Of a stretch of 64,000 bases of DNA, positions 19,661-28,625 are shown in pieces. A program made the position numbers and the translations under genes. The DNA is from a virus (Duplodnaviria; Caudoviricetes). Location: positions 64,001 through 128,000 of the IMG/VR virus record IMGVR_UViG_3300011989_000257; one strand, 5' to 3'. Position 1 is the stretch's first letter. Each line of letters starts with the position of its first letter. The notes beneath the pieces were generated by a model. The model was given only the letters and a program-made list of their open reading frames with translations, was not told the origin of the DNA and ran no database searches.

Positions 19661-21697
19661 TTAATTCTTATCAACGAATTTCCCAAGTTCATCAATCATC
19701 TTGTCAAAGTCCTCATTAACCATTAAGGCATCACTGTCGTATATGTCAGCACGTTTATACTCTGTTTCCATGTGTTTACCCTTTCTCTCGTTCACTCTTG
19801 ATAGATACTCATTGAAAAGAATATCAAGTTTATCATTCTGCTCATTTATGATAGGTTTGTTAGAATGAATAGATTCCATTGGTGCATTTGGGTCATTTCC
19901 CATATCAGCAGTTGGCATTGAGCCTTCATTGCCACCCATCATTATGGTATCATCTCCAGGACCGCCAATATCACTTCCATCCATATTAGGGGCATCTCCC
20001 ATAGGAGGTGGTGGTGCTCCCATTCCGCCTCCAGGACCTCCACTACCATCCATGCCGCCTTGTCCACCTTGCATATCATCCATATACTCAGCTCCAGGTT
20101 CGCCATAGATTCTATCGACAGTATCAAATATACCTGTCTTCTTGATAATCTGAGTTGTCTTCTCAAGTTCAGCCGCAATACCCTTTTCAAGACGTATCTC
20201 TTCGAGATTTTCCTTAATTTCCTTCTCAGACCACTTCATAATCTGTTTCAATGCACGTGTCTGGGACATAACTGGAAGACCATTTCCTGGGTCGCTAACA
20301 GCATCCCTTACAGCATCAATCTTCTTCTGCATATTCTCAATCTCAAGCTGTTCAGCTTGTGTTGATGGATTATTCATTGTCAATGAGAAATTTGTTAATT
20401 CATCATTAAACCCTAACAAAAACAAATGAATTGATGCAACTTTTGTAAGTTCCATTAAGAATGCTTGCTGTATTCTGTTAACTAATCTAGTAAAACGAAT
20501 ATCCATAAGTGCAAGGTTCTTGCCATCCCCAGCAGCTTCTTCAAAGTTAAGAAATGACTTAGGTATTCTTAACGCAGTCAGTACTTTATTCTGTACGAAC
20601 TTGATATCATCCATTGCCGTAAGGTTTTGTCCTGCTGAAAGAGTATCAATAGGGTTTGGGGCATTTTCATCACGTACTGGTAAGAATACATCTTGGTCAA
20701 ATGCAAGCAAATTCTTTCTTAAGTCAATTTGACCAGTCATTGGGTCAATAATTGGAGTTCTCTTAAATTGATTTGCAATTTGTTCAACATATGCTTGCAC
20801 ATCAGCATCATCAATTGCGCCAACAAATATCTTATACACCCTACGTTCAATGGAACGTTCAAGACGATATATAAGCATCATATCTTCCATTAAGCTCAGC
20901 ATCCTCCAATGTCTTCTAGCAGCATTTAATGCTGATACGCCATACGGGAGATATAATGAGTTAGTCAATAGTCTAAAATGTGCAATCTGCCAATCTCTAA
21001 ATGGAACTTGCGAATTATTATCATCCAACCATATAAACTGAGTAGAAAGGTCAGCATCATCCTTTGTAATCCCGTTTACAGCAATTGAAGCTCCAGCACC
21101 ATATGGATTCTGTATACCATTCTCAATTCTCTCCATATTAAACACTGGAAGTTGCTTCCACCCCTTAACGCCATTCTTATGGTCAACATCTAATAGCATA
21201 AACTGATTTCCGTATTTACACATTGCACGGATAATCATAGGGGCAGTCAATTGTATATTCAATCTATTAACAAATAAATCTTCAAGGATACTCTTTATTC
21301 TGTCAGATTTGGAATATACATTGACTATATTACCTTTGTCTCCAGCAATACATGCTTCCTCCGCATATGTGTCAAGTGCAGCACCAATTTCTGGGAATGC
21401 ATCCATTAAATCTGCATCACGATACATAAGTTTAATGTTATTAAGTCCAGCATATGCAGTAACAGATAGGTTAACATTTGCTTTAACCCACCTATCTTTT
21501 AAATATTTATTTTGTCGTAGCTCTAATTTCTTTTGTATATAATCTTCTCTATCAGTGGTTCTATATAGTACATCATTATCATTGCCTTGAGACATATCAT
21601 ATGAGTTTATATGAGGCTCAATGGCAGAAGTAGGCGATGACCAATTACCAGTTATAGCTTTATCTAGAGCTTGAAATACAGTACTCTTCTTTGCCAT
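19661..21697 (-). CDS. Portal protein (T4 gp20-like)
   Basis: PEIGAALD, KYG, HFRL, PYGVS.L..ARR.W..L.LMED.MLIYRL.R..ERRVY, D.F.PVR, ALRIPK, DIRF motifs. Confidence 0.93.
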   Translation of the reverse strand: MAKKSTVFQALDKAITGNWSSPTSAIEPHINSYDMSQGNDNDVLYRTTDREDYIQKKLELRQNKYLKDRWVKANVNLSVTAYAGLNNIKLMYRDADLMDAFPEIGAALDTYAEEACIAGDKGNIVNVYSKSDRIKSILEDLFVNRLNIQLTAPMIIRAMCKYGNQFMLLDVDHKNGVKGWKQLPVFNMERIENGIQNPYGAGASIAVNGITKDDADLSTQFIWLDDNNSQVPFRDWQIAHFRLLTNSLYLPYGVSALNAARRHWRMLSLMEDMMLIYRLERSIERRVYKIFVGAIDDADVQAYVEQIANQFKRTPIIDPMTGQIDLRKNLLAFDQDVFLPVRDENAPNPIDTLSAGQNLTAMDDIKFVQNKVLTALRIPKSFLNFEEAAGDGKNLALMDIRFTRLVNRIQQAFLMELTKVASIHLFLLGFNDELTNFSLTMNNPSTQAEQLEIENMQKKIDAVRDAVSDPGNGLPVMSQTRALKQIMKWSEKEIKENLEEIRLEKGIAAELEKTTQIIKKTGIFDTVDRIYGEPGAEYMDDMQGGQGGMDGSGGPGGGMGAPPPPMGDAPNMDGSDIGGPGDDTIMMGGNEGSMPTADMGNDPNAPMESIHSNKPIINEQNDKLDILFNEYLSRVNERKGKHMETEYKRADIYDSDALMVNEDFDKMIDELGKFVDKN

Positions 21698-21749
21698 ATT
21701 ATATTTTCTTTAAAAAATAATGATTATCCTATAAATATCAAGATAAAAC

Positions 21750-21774
21750 AAAAGCGAGTGTTTTTCACTCGCTT
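21750..21774 (-). terminator. Terminator after the terminase gene
   Basis: aagcgagtg-ttttt-cactcgctt. Confidence 0.8.
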
Positions 21775-21776
21775 AA

Positions 21777-23651
21777 TTATTTCAAGCCGCCAAACACCCA
21801 CATATGAGTTCCATTAATTACATTGGTTTTAGGAAAACTTTTCTGTGTATAAAACGGTAAGCCACTCTTTGGGGTAATTGTATAGCCATCCCTCAATTTA
21901 GACCTATGGGTATTCATAGACCCACCCATCATATAAGCATTTAATATTGCTTTATCTTTTTTCTGGGTATTCTGTATTCTATTAACAGTATATTGCATAA
22001 CAAATAGTCCCATTGCAAGAGAACATAAAGTATCATCATGAGCACCCTCCATATGGTCAATACGAGCAGTTTCACCCTTAAAAATCCAAGTATTCAATTC
22101 ATTAATCACTCTTACTGAACGAATTTTAAACTCATTGTTACGAACCATTCCTGCAAAATTAGATAAAACTGGATATCTATTTCCTTGAAAATGAAATCCT
22201 GGAAGTTTATCAGTATATCCATCGTAATTCTTTGTTGACCTTTGAACCATGTAGGTTTTCTGATTCATATCTTCATAATACATGTTCTTGTATCCCATAT
22301 TTAGCATTGTTATAATGGCCGCATCTCCTTGTCCGCCAGTAGCATCAACAACAACAAATGCATCATTATACATGGTTGCATATTGATAAGCAATAGCACC
22401 AATATCATCCCCAAGCTTCTTGCCAACATACTCAGCAACTTGTTCAATGATTGGCATCCCGTTTTCATCACGTCCATCCATGTCTATTATCTCAATTGCT
22501 GTACGGTCAGCAGCAGTTCCTCTGCTAGGGTCAATTGAGCAGATATATCTGTGACCATCGATTGGTTTTTTCCAGAACCAAGTTTCCTCACACAATGGGT
22601 CGATAAAATCATCAAGTGGCTCTCTTACGTTAAACCTTTCTTGCATCTCAATATATCTTGCTGCAACCACATTATCGTTTGAACCCATGAATGACACATC
22701 AAGTTCTTGGGCAATCTTCATTTCGTCATTGTTAAATGAATGGCACATATCCTCATACCAATCAGAAGTTGGTTTCCATCCATCATGCTCTAACTTTGCC
22801 CAACGTTCTTCGTCATATTTTACCCCTCCTTCGTTGTCAATTATTAAATCAGCATCATATTCCCATTCATTGGTTTCCTCATTTTTCCTCTTCCATACAA
22901 GATGTTTATTGAAACGAGGGTCTTGATACCAACGAAATTGTACTGCTGTAAAATTGTTCTCATGAGCCAATGCTTGACGGTAAATGTTATAATACAATGC
23001 ATCCATACCATTAGGCGTACTTACAATTACAGTCTTTGAATTTGGATTTGATGCCATTGTCGCAGCAGCAGTTGTATAAACTGAGATACCATCCTCGATG
23101 AATGCCGCCTCATCAAGAATTAGAGTACCTACTGCTGATATACCACGAGCAGCATTTGGTCCACTAGCACGAGCAATAACTCTACATCCATTAAATAATT
23201 TCAATTCACTTTTTGCATCTTTAACGAAAATAGATTTGAGGTTTTTTTCTGAATTCGAATCAGTTGAAAAATATTCTGGTCCCCACATCCATCGTGGAAC
23301 TTGTTCAAGGAAATCTCTAACCTTAATGATAATTTCATTAGCTTGGTCTAGTTTGTTTGCAATACAAAGTATAATCTCTGGAGATTCCTTCGATGCAAAT
23401 GCACATTGTGCAGCAGCCCATGCACTTGACAATGTTGTTATACCACATTGTCTTGGCTTAATTGCAATCACATTATTATGTTCAGCAAGTGCTTTAAGGA
23501 ATGCCCTCTGCCTTGGAAAACAATGGAATTGTGTTTTCTTACCTTTCATAGCATTAAAGGTAGAGAAATATTTTTCTATGAATGTAATTCTAGATTTATC
23601 AGCATAGCATAAAGCATAATCCCTCTGGGCTTCTTTATAATCAAAAATCAT
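21777..23651 (-). CDS. Terminase large subunit (T4 gp17-like)
   Basis: KPRQCGITT (Walker A), LILDEAAF (Walker B), VSTPNG, IAQELD..F, nuclease DPSRG and HDD motifs. Confidence 0.95.
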   Translation of the reverse strand: MIFDYKEAQRDYALCYADKSRITFIEKYFSTFNAMKGKKTQFHCFPRQRAFLKALAEHNNVIAIKPRQCGITTLSSAWAAAQCAFASKESPEIILCIANKLDQANEIIIKVRDFLEQVPRWMWGPEYFSTDSNSEKNLKSIFVKDAKSELKLFNGCRVIARASGPNAARGISAVGTLILDEAAFIEDGISVYTTAAATMASNPNSKTVIVSTPNGMDALYYNIYRQALAHENNFTAVQFRWYQDPRFNKHLVWKRKNEETNEWEYDADLIIDNEGGVKYDEERWAKLEHDGWKPTSDWYEDMCHSFNNDEMKIAQELDVSFMGSNDNVVAARYIEMQERFNVREPLDDFIDPLCEETWFWKKPIDGHRYICSIDPSRGTAADRTAIEIIDMDGRDENGMPIIEQVAEYVGKKLGDDIGAIAYQYATMYNDAFVVVDATGGQGDAAIITMLNMGYKNMYYEDMNQKTYMVQRSTKNYDGYTDKLPGFHFQGNRYPVLSNFAGMVRNNEFKIRSVRVINELNTWIFKGETARIDHMEGAHDDTLCSLAMGLFVMQYTVNRIQNTQKKDKAILNAYMMGGSMNTHRSKLRDGYTITPKSGLPFYTQKSFPKTNVINGTHMWVFGGLK

Positions 23652-23784
23652 GTTCTTTTATTTTATTTTCTCATTATTTACAAATATATTTAAAAAATAT
23701 TATAATTCCAAACAAAAATCAGGTAAATTTAAATAAATATTACAATATTTCGAAAAGTTATTCATTTATAAATATTTACAAACA

Positions 23785-23816
23785 AAAAAAGAGCAACCAA
23801 CAGTGTGATTGCTCTT
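23785..23816 (-). terminator. Terminator of a leader cassette
   Basis: aaaaaagagcaacca...tgattgctctt. Confidence 0.75.
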
Positions 23817-23826
23817 ATACATTACA

Positions 23827-24087
23827 TCATCTTCGAGGATATGGAATGTTCCCTTCTTTATAGATTTTCACTGTAACGATAGTATCATTACTAGGATATA
23901 CGTTAAAACCGTTTTGGTTTCTATCATAGTCTAACCCACTTTGAGTTAAAACGTCTTCAATCTTATCTGCTAGCATAGAAGCAACTCCCATACCTTCATC
24001 AAATCCTTCTTTCACTATTTTATTCACTGATTCTTTCACGATTCTATGAAGGTCTTGTTCTGTTAATCTTATAAGTTTCTTATTCAT
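23827..24087 (-). CDS. Leader-family protein
   Basis: MNKKLIRLTEQDLHRIVKESVNKIVKE. Confidence 0.85.
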   Translation of the reverse strand: MNKKLIRLTEQDLHRIVKESVNKIVKEGFDEGMGVASMLADKIEDVLTQSGLDYDRNQNGFNVYPSNDTIVTVKIYKEGNIPYPRR

Positions 24088-24128
24088 ATTATAATACGTA
24101 TTAATTCGTTATTTTAATAATAAATATC
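24020..24128 (-). repeat. Dispersed repeat copy 2: late promoter + 5' UTR + leader coding sequence
   Basis: Near-identical to 17851-17960. Confidence 0.85.
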
Positions 24129-24138
24129 GTCAAGATAT

Positions 24139-25815
24139 TCAATTATTTTGTCTTAGCATTGCCATATAGCACATATCATCATGATATACATAAATATTTG
24201 GGTTTTGCGCCAATTTTTCATACACCTTTGCTATATGTTCTTTATTTATCCTTCTACCTTCGCCACTGTATATTGCACCGAACTCATAAATAAGTTTTGT
24301 ATATATCTTTGGTGCTAAACCCATATGTTGTATCCCATCATTCAAAATGATATGTATTTGAAGCATTGGCACTCTTTCCTCTGGACTGATTCTAATCTTA
24401 ACGCTCTGTGCCATAAGTAGAATCATCTGTCTTGGCATTATCTCGCCATTGATAGTTACAATCAAGTCCTCAGTGACACCATTAACATTGCCCTCAAGGA
24501 AATCAATGTTTTCTACCGTTGCAGACTGTACCAATTGCTGGTAATATTCTATTGGTTTCTGAGGTTCTGCCTCATATTGCCCCATTGTATCAGTATCATT
24601 GCTTTCTTCAATCACGTCACCTTCAGAGCTATCTGAATCAATTTCATATCCATTCGTCTCAGCCCCACTGAAATAAGAATCTTTAATTAAAGATTTGTCA
24701 ATATTCTTGGCATTTATTCTGTTGGTGAATTGCTGATATCCGTTGTCATACTCTGCATCCTTCATCAATTTGTCAAGTAACTCATTTCCTCTATTAGTAT
24801 TTGAAAGGATTTCCTTTATAGTTATACTAAACTCTTCATTTGATTGCCTAATGAGATTTATAAACATGTATGGTATCATATTAGTGTCCTCTACACGCCC
24901 AAATATTTTATTCCATAATGTGACACCAAAACGCATATCCCAAGGCTCTGCAAGCACAAAATCAGCCTTTTTGACAACAAATACAGCTTTTTCCTTATCC
25001 TCTGGTAATCCATGTGCTGAAAACAATTCAAACAATCCTTTAATTGTTTCTTGAAGTAATAATGGGAAAACTATTCCTTGTGAATTAATTGTAGTTTTCT
25101 CACCAACACCCCCAAGATGCACTTCAACATATGAGCCTTGCATTGGATTTATATCACTCATTTCTTCTTTTTTAGTGAATAAAAGATAATCATTGATAGT
25201 AACTATTTTCATATACAATGGTATAAGGTCTCTGTTGATTCTATCAATATCCTCTACATATAATCCTAATATTTTTGAATATGTATATGCAGCACCTTGT
25301 ATCAATGAATTAATGAAACGTCTCTTTTCAACAGCCTTGTCAAACAACTCAATATCAGATACATCATCGAATGTATATGTTATTTTATCATCTGATTCTG
25401 GTTTCAACCTTATTGCATTCTTAAATTTTACCTTATCTACCAATATACATTTAAGATTAAGCATTTCCTCTGGAATTGCAAACAATCGATTTATAGCATT
25501 TTCACAAATCTTTTCAAGTGTGTCCCTTATTGGGGTTTCCATCTCTTTGCATATCTTAAGTGTACTGCTCAGTTCAGACATAAGGTAGTCTTCGTCAAGG
25601 CTTTCCAAACCCAATTCCATTATTGCATCACATACTTCATTAAATCTCTCTTTAAGTATAGTATAGTCAAAAGGATAGTCACCACCACTAGGGAACATAC
25701 TACTATCCCCCAATGATGTCTCATGCGCTTTCACACTCTTGAATAAAAACTGAGGTAAAAGTCTCTTATTAAATACGTTAGCAATTGTATCTTCTTTTAG
25801 ATATATCTTTCTCAT
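24139..25815 (-). CDS. Modular late protein with C-terminal GNAT-like domain
   Basis: Helical N-terminal domain (KRRFINSLIQG...EPWDMRFG), acidic linker VIEES, C-terminal IHIILNDGIQHMGLAPKIY resembling the acetyl-CoA motif Q/RxxGxA. Confidence 0.7.
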   Translation of the reverse strand: MRKIYLKEDTIANVFNKRLLPQFLFKSVKAHETSLGDSSMFPSGGDYPFDYTILKERFNEVCDAIMELGLESLDEDYLMSELSSTLKICKEMETPIRDTLEKICENAINRLFAIPEEMLNLKCILVDKVKFKNAIRLKPESDDKITYTFDDVSDIELFDKAVEKRRFINSLIQGAAYTYSKILGLYVEDIDRINRDLIPLYMKIVTINDYLLFTKKEEMSDINPMQGSYVEVHLGGVGEKTTINSQGIVFPLLLQETIKGLFELFSAHGLPEDKEKAVFVVKKADFVLAEPWDMRFGVTLWNKIFGRVEDTNMIPYMFINLIRQSNEEFSITIKEILSNTNRGNELLDKLMKDAEYDNGYQQFTNRINAKNIDKSLIKDSYFSGAETNGYEIDSDSSEGDVIEESNDTDTMGQYEAEPQKPIEYYQQLVQSATVENIDFLEGNVNGVTEDLIVTINGEIMPRQMILLMAQSVKIRISPEERVPMLQIHIILNDGIQHMGLAPKIYTKLIYEFGAIYSGEGRRINKEHIAKVYEKLAQNPNIYVYHDDMCYMAMLRQNN

Positions 25816-26285
25816 TATAAAGTACTTAGAAAACTACTTAATTCTCTTTTAGTGAAAGGAATTGAGTTTTTCCTCATCTCAACTATTTTAGATTCCCCCA
25901 AGCCATTCTGTCCTTGTTCATCCTTTGTAATCTGGATTGTGCCTCCATTCTTTGCTGCGTTCTGTATTGTTGCGCTTGTTGCATTTTTTGCTGCAATATT
26001 CTGCACTGTGTCATTTCTTGGGTCATTATTGGAGAATGTTGGTACAGACACACCATCAATATCATCTGATTGTACTGTAACTGCTGTAGCTTGTGGAACT
26101 TGATTGAGCATGTTTTGCGCTGATGTTTGTACACTACTTGCTTGAACATCTTGTCCATTTGGATTTAATGTTAATGAAACTTTTCCATTGGTAAATGCTT
26201 CATTAAGCCTTAATTCGCCCTTTGAATATATCCTTCCCTCTCCAAGATTTTTCAAACTATTACCTTTCTTAACGAATATTTTCAT
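25815..26285 (-). CDS. Hypothetical late protein
   Basis: Likely start MKIFVKK at 26285, just after the ATATTTAT motif; LRLNE and LGES sites. Confidence 0.7.
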   Translation of the reverse strand: MKIFVKKGNSLKNLGEGRIYSKGELRLNEAFTNGKVSLTLNPNGQDVQASSVQTSAQNMLNQVPQATAVTVQSDDIDGVSVPTFSNNDPRNDTVQNIAAKNATSATIQNAAKNGGTIQITKDEQGQNGLGESKIVEMRKNSIPFTKRELSSFLSTL

Positions 26286-26353
26286 AATTTTTTTTTTAAT
26301 ATAAATATCTATATAAAACAAAAAAGGGACACTAAAAAGTATCCCTTTTTATC

Positions 26354-26803
26354 TTATTTAAAATATGGAGATTGGAATGGTGTCAAAGGTTGATTCCTAT
26401 ATTCCTTTGGCATTACTTTCTCTGGTCTCTTCGTGCCTTCATAATCATTCAAAACATCGTTTATAACCTCATCGATTACACCCTTATAATTGAATGTTGA
26501 TTCCATTGGCATTCCACCATCTTGAGGGGCTGCATTCGAATCATCTGCAATGCTTTTTGCATATTTAACAACTGCTGCCTTATCCTCTGCCGACATTCCA
26601 TCAACAATGTTATTCAATTCATCATCTTCTGGATTTTCAGCACCCATTGCATTTGGGTCTCCACCACCCATAGGGTTTTGGTCACTCATTGCATTTGGGT
26701 CATCCATAGGAGGTTCGCCACCGCCCATTGGGTCATTCATCCCCATATCATCAGTACCCGTTGGTGGCATTGGAGCATTATCTAAATCACCCATGCCATC
26801 CAT
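26354..26803 (-). CDS. Gly/Met/Pro/Asp-rich ORF, probably the -1 frameshift extension of 26869-28554
   Basis: The frame stays open upstream to the A10 run at 26874-26883; its own ATG has a poor context. Confidence 0.65.
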   Translation of the reverse strand: MDGMGDLDNAPMPPTGTDDMGMNDPMGGGEPPMDDPNAMSDQNPMGGGDPNAMGAENPEDDELNNIVDGMSAEDKAAVVKYAKSIADDSNAAPQDGGMPMESTFNYKGVIDEVINDVLNDYEGTKRPEKVMPKEYRNQPLTPFQSPYFK

Positions 26804-26868
26804 ACCGCCACCTAGGTTACTGTTTGGTATCTCTAACTTAGTTGGTCTTTCTTCGAAGAAAGATTCAG

Positions 26869-28554
26869 TTAGATTTTTTTTTTGTTTCTCATTAAACGAT
26901 TGAAAGACTCTGCAATTGCGTTGTCGATTGCTTGTGGGTCGATGTCAAATGGAGCACCATCTCCAATCTTTTCACCGTAAGGAGTATCATTTCTTACAGA
27001 ATCATCATTCATGTCATAGTAGCCTGGGAATTCCTTCATATCCTTTGGAGGTAGTTCCATAACCTTTTTCTGATATGCTGGGTGCTTTCCGAAGTCATCC
27101 AATTTATTCATATTTCCACTTGGTACACGTCCAGCGTCCTTGAAAGGCTTCATACCATCCTCATTCATTCTTTGTCTACGCATTGCATTTCTGAAAGATT
27201 TTGTCTCATAGATTTGAACGCCACCTCTGCGCCTATTCTCCATTGGCATATCGTCATCGATTGGCTCTTCCTCATCGCCAAACTCATCGCCATCTTCATC
27301 GCCAAAGATATCGTCATCGCCATAAGCTTCAGCATCAACACTTGGAGCACCAATGCCAAGTTTGTCAGCAATCTGTGAAAGAATCTCTTCCATTGCGTCT
27401 AGACGAGACTCAACATCGTCCTCATAGACATCCTCTTCGCCACCATCGTTTGCAAGGTCTTCCTCACCGCCAAACTCTTCACCATCTTCAGCACCAAGGT
27501 CATCGCCTAATGCATCTCCTTCGCCTTCAGCGCCAAGGTCATCACCGATTGGGTCACCTTCTCCTTCCTCTGGAGCAGGAGCGCCATCAACATCTTCACC
27601 ACCGAAATCATCTAATGCCTCATCAATCTGTCTTCCCTTCTCACCATCAAAAGGTTGGTCATCACCGATTTCTCCAGTACCTGGTGTTGGCGTATTCTGG
27701 TTATCCGAATCATGCATTGAAGCACCTTCCTCAACAGTTCCATTCTTCATTTCACCAGTTTGTGAAACTTTCTTGTCACCATCATCGATATTTCTAGCTT
27801 CAGCATCATCAAAAGGAGCACTATCGCCAATTTCAGTGCCATGAGACTTGTCCATGTAGTCATCGTTTCCACGATTCCATCCAAGAACCTCTTCCTCATT
27901 TACAGTCTCGCACTGACATGGGTTTTTACCACATTTAGGGCAAGTCTCACCTTCAGTCATATTAGCAGGAATCTCAGCGTTAGTATAACCAGCATTTGCA
28001 CTTGCTGCATCACCGCATTCCTCTACACTGCTAGAGATGTTGTCTTTCTGTGATTTCTTGATGTCTGCATCACAAATACCGTTTGGACATTCTTTCTTAC
28101 CCTCTGCAATCCTCATTGCATTCTCCATAATCTGGCGTGAACGTGAAAGTTCGTTCTTCATTTTGTCTGTAGCCTCGATTACAACATTCTCTTTCTTGTC
28201 CAAATCCCAAGAACTAATGTTATAATCCTTGTTATTTGCAGCCTCTTTAAGAGACATCATTTTGAGGTCGAATTGTTTCTGTGCATTTGCGAAGGAATCA
28301 TATTGATAGTCCTTACGATTACGGAAACCACCAATATAATTGAAGTCTTCTTTTACAAGGTTTGCTTTATTTGAAGCCACTTTAATATAATAATGTGTCC
28401 CTTCTCTAACAATACCATATACATTACCATCAGCACCAAGTTTCTGATTTTCTACTGAACTATATGGAGTTTTCTTACTCTCAGTTTGAAGACCATAACC
28501 CATAAGTTCCTTCATACGGCTTAAGGTCTCGTTTGTGTTCTGTTTGTTATTCAT
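26869..28554 (-). CDS. Acidic internal head/core-like protein
   Basis: 561 aa, Asp/Glu/Gly-rich, three IGDxxPFD repeats, many x-x-E sites, ATATTTAT promoter. Confidence 0.75.
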   Translation of the reverse strand: MNNKQNTNETLSRMKELMGYGLQTESKKTPYSSVENQKLGADGNVYGIVREGTHYYIKVASNKANLVKEDFNYIGGFRNRKDYQYDSFANAQKQFDLKMMSLKEAANNKDYNISSWDLDKKENVVIEATDKMKNELSRSRQIMENAMRIAEGKKECPNGICDADIKKSQKDNISSSVEECGDAASANAGYTNAEIPANMTEGETCPKCGKNPCQCETVNEEEVLGWNRGNDDYMDKSHGTEIGDSAPFDDAEARNIDDGDKKVSQTGEMKNGTVEEGASMHDSDNQNTPTPGTGEIGDDQPFDGEKGRQIDEALDDFGGEDVDGAPAPEEGEGDPIGDDLGAEGEGDALGDDLGAEDGEEFGGEEDLANDGGEEDVYEDDVESRLDAMEEILSQIADKLGIGAPSVDAEAYGDDDIFGDEDGDEFGDEEEPIDDDMPMENRRRGGVQIYETKSFRNAMRRQRMNEDGMKPFKDAGRVPSGNMNKLDDFGKHPAYQKKVMELPPKDMKEFPGYYDMNDDSVRNDTPYGEKIGDGAPFDIDPQAIDNAIAESFNRLMRNKKKI

Positions 28555-28625
28555 ATTAATATATTAATTTTTTTCAAACTTATTTTTAATAATAAATATT
28601 TCATATATTCAAAAAATATCAATAA

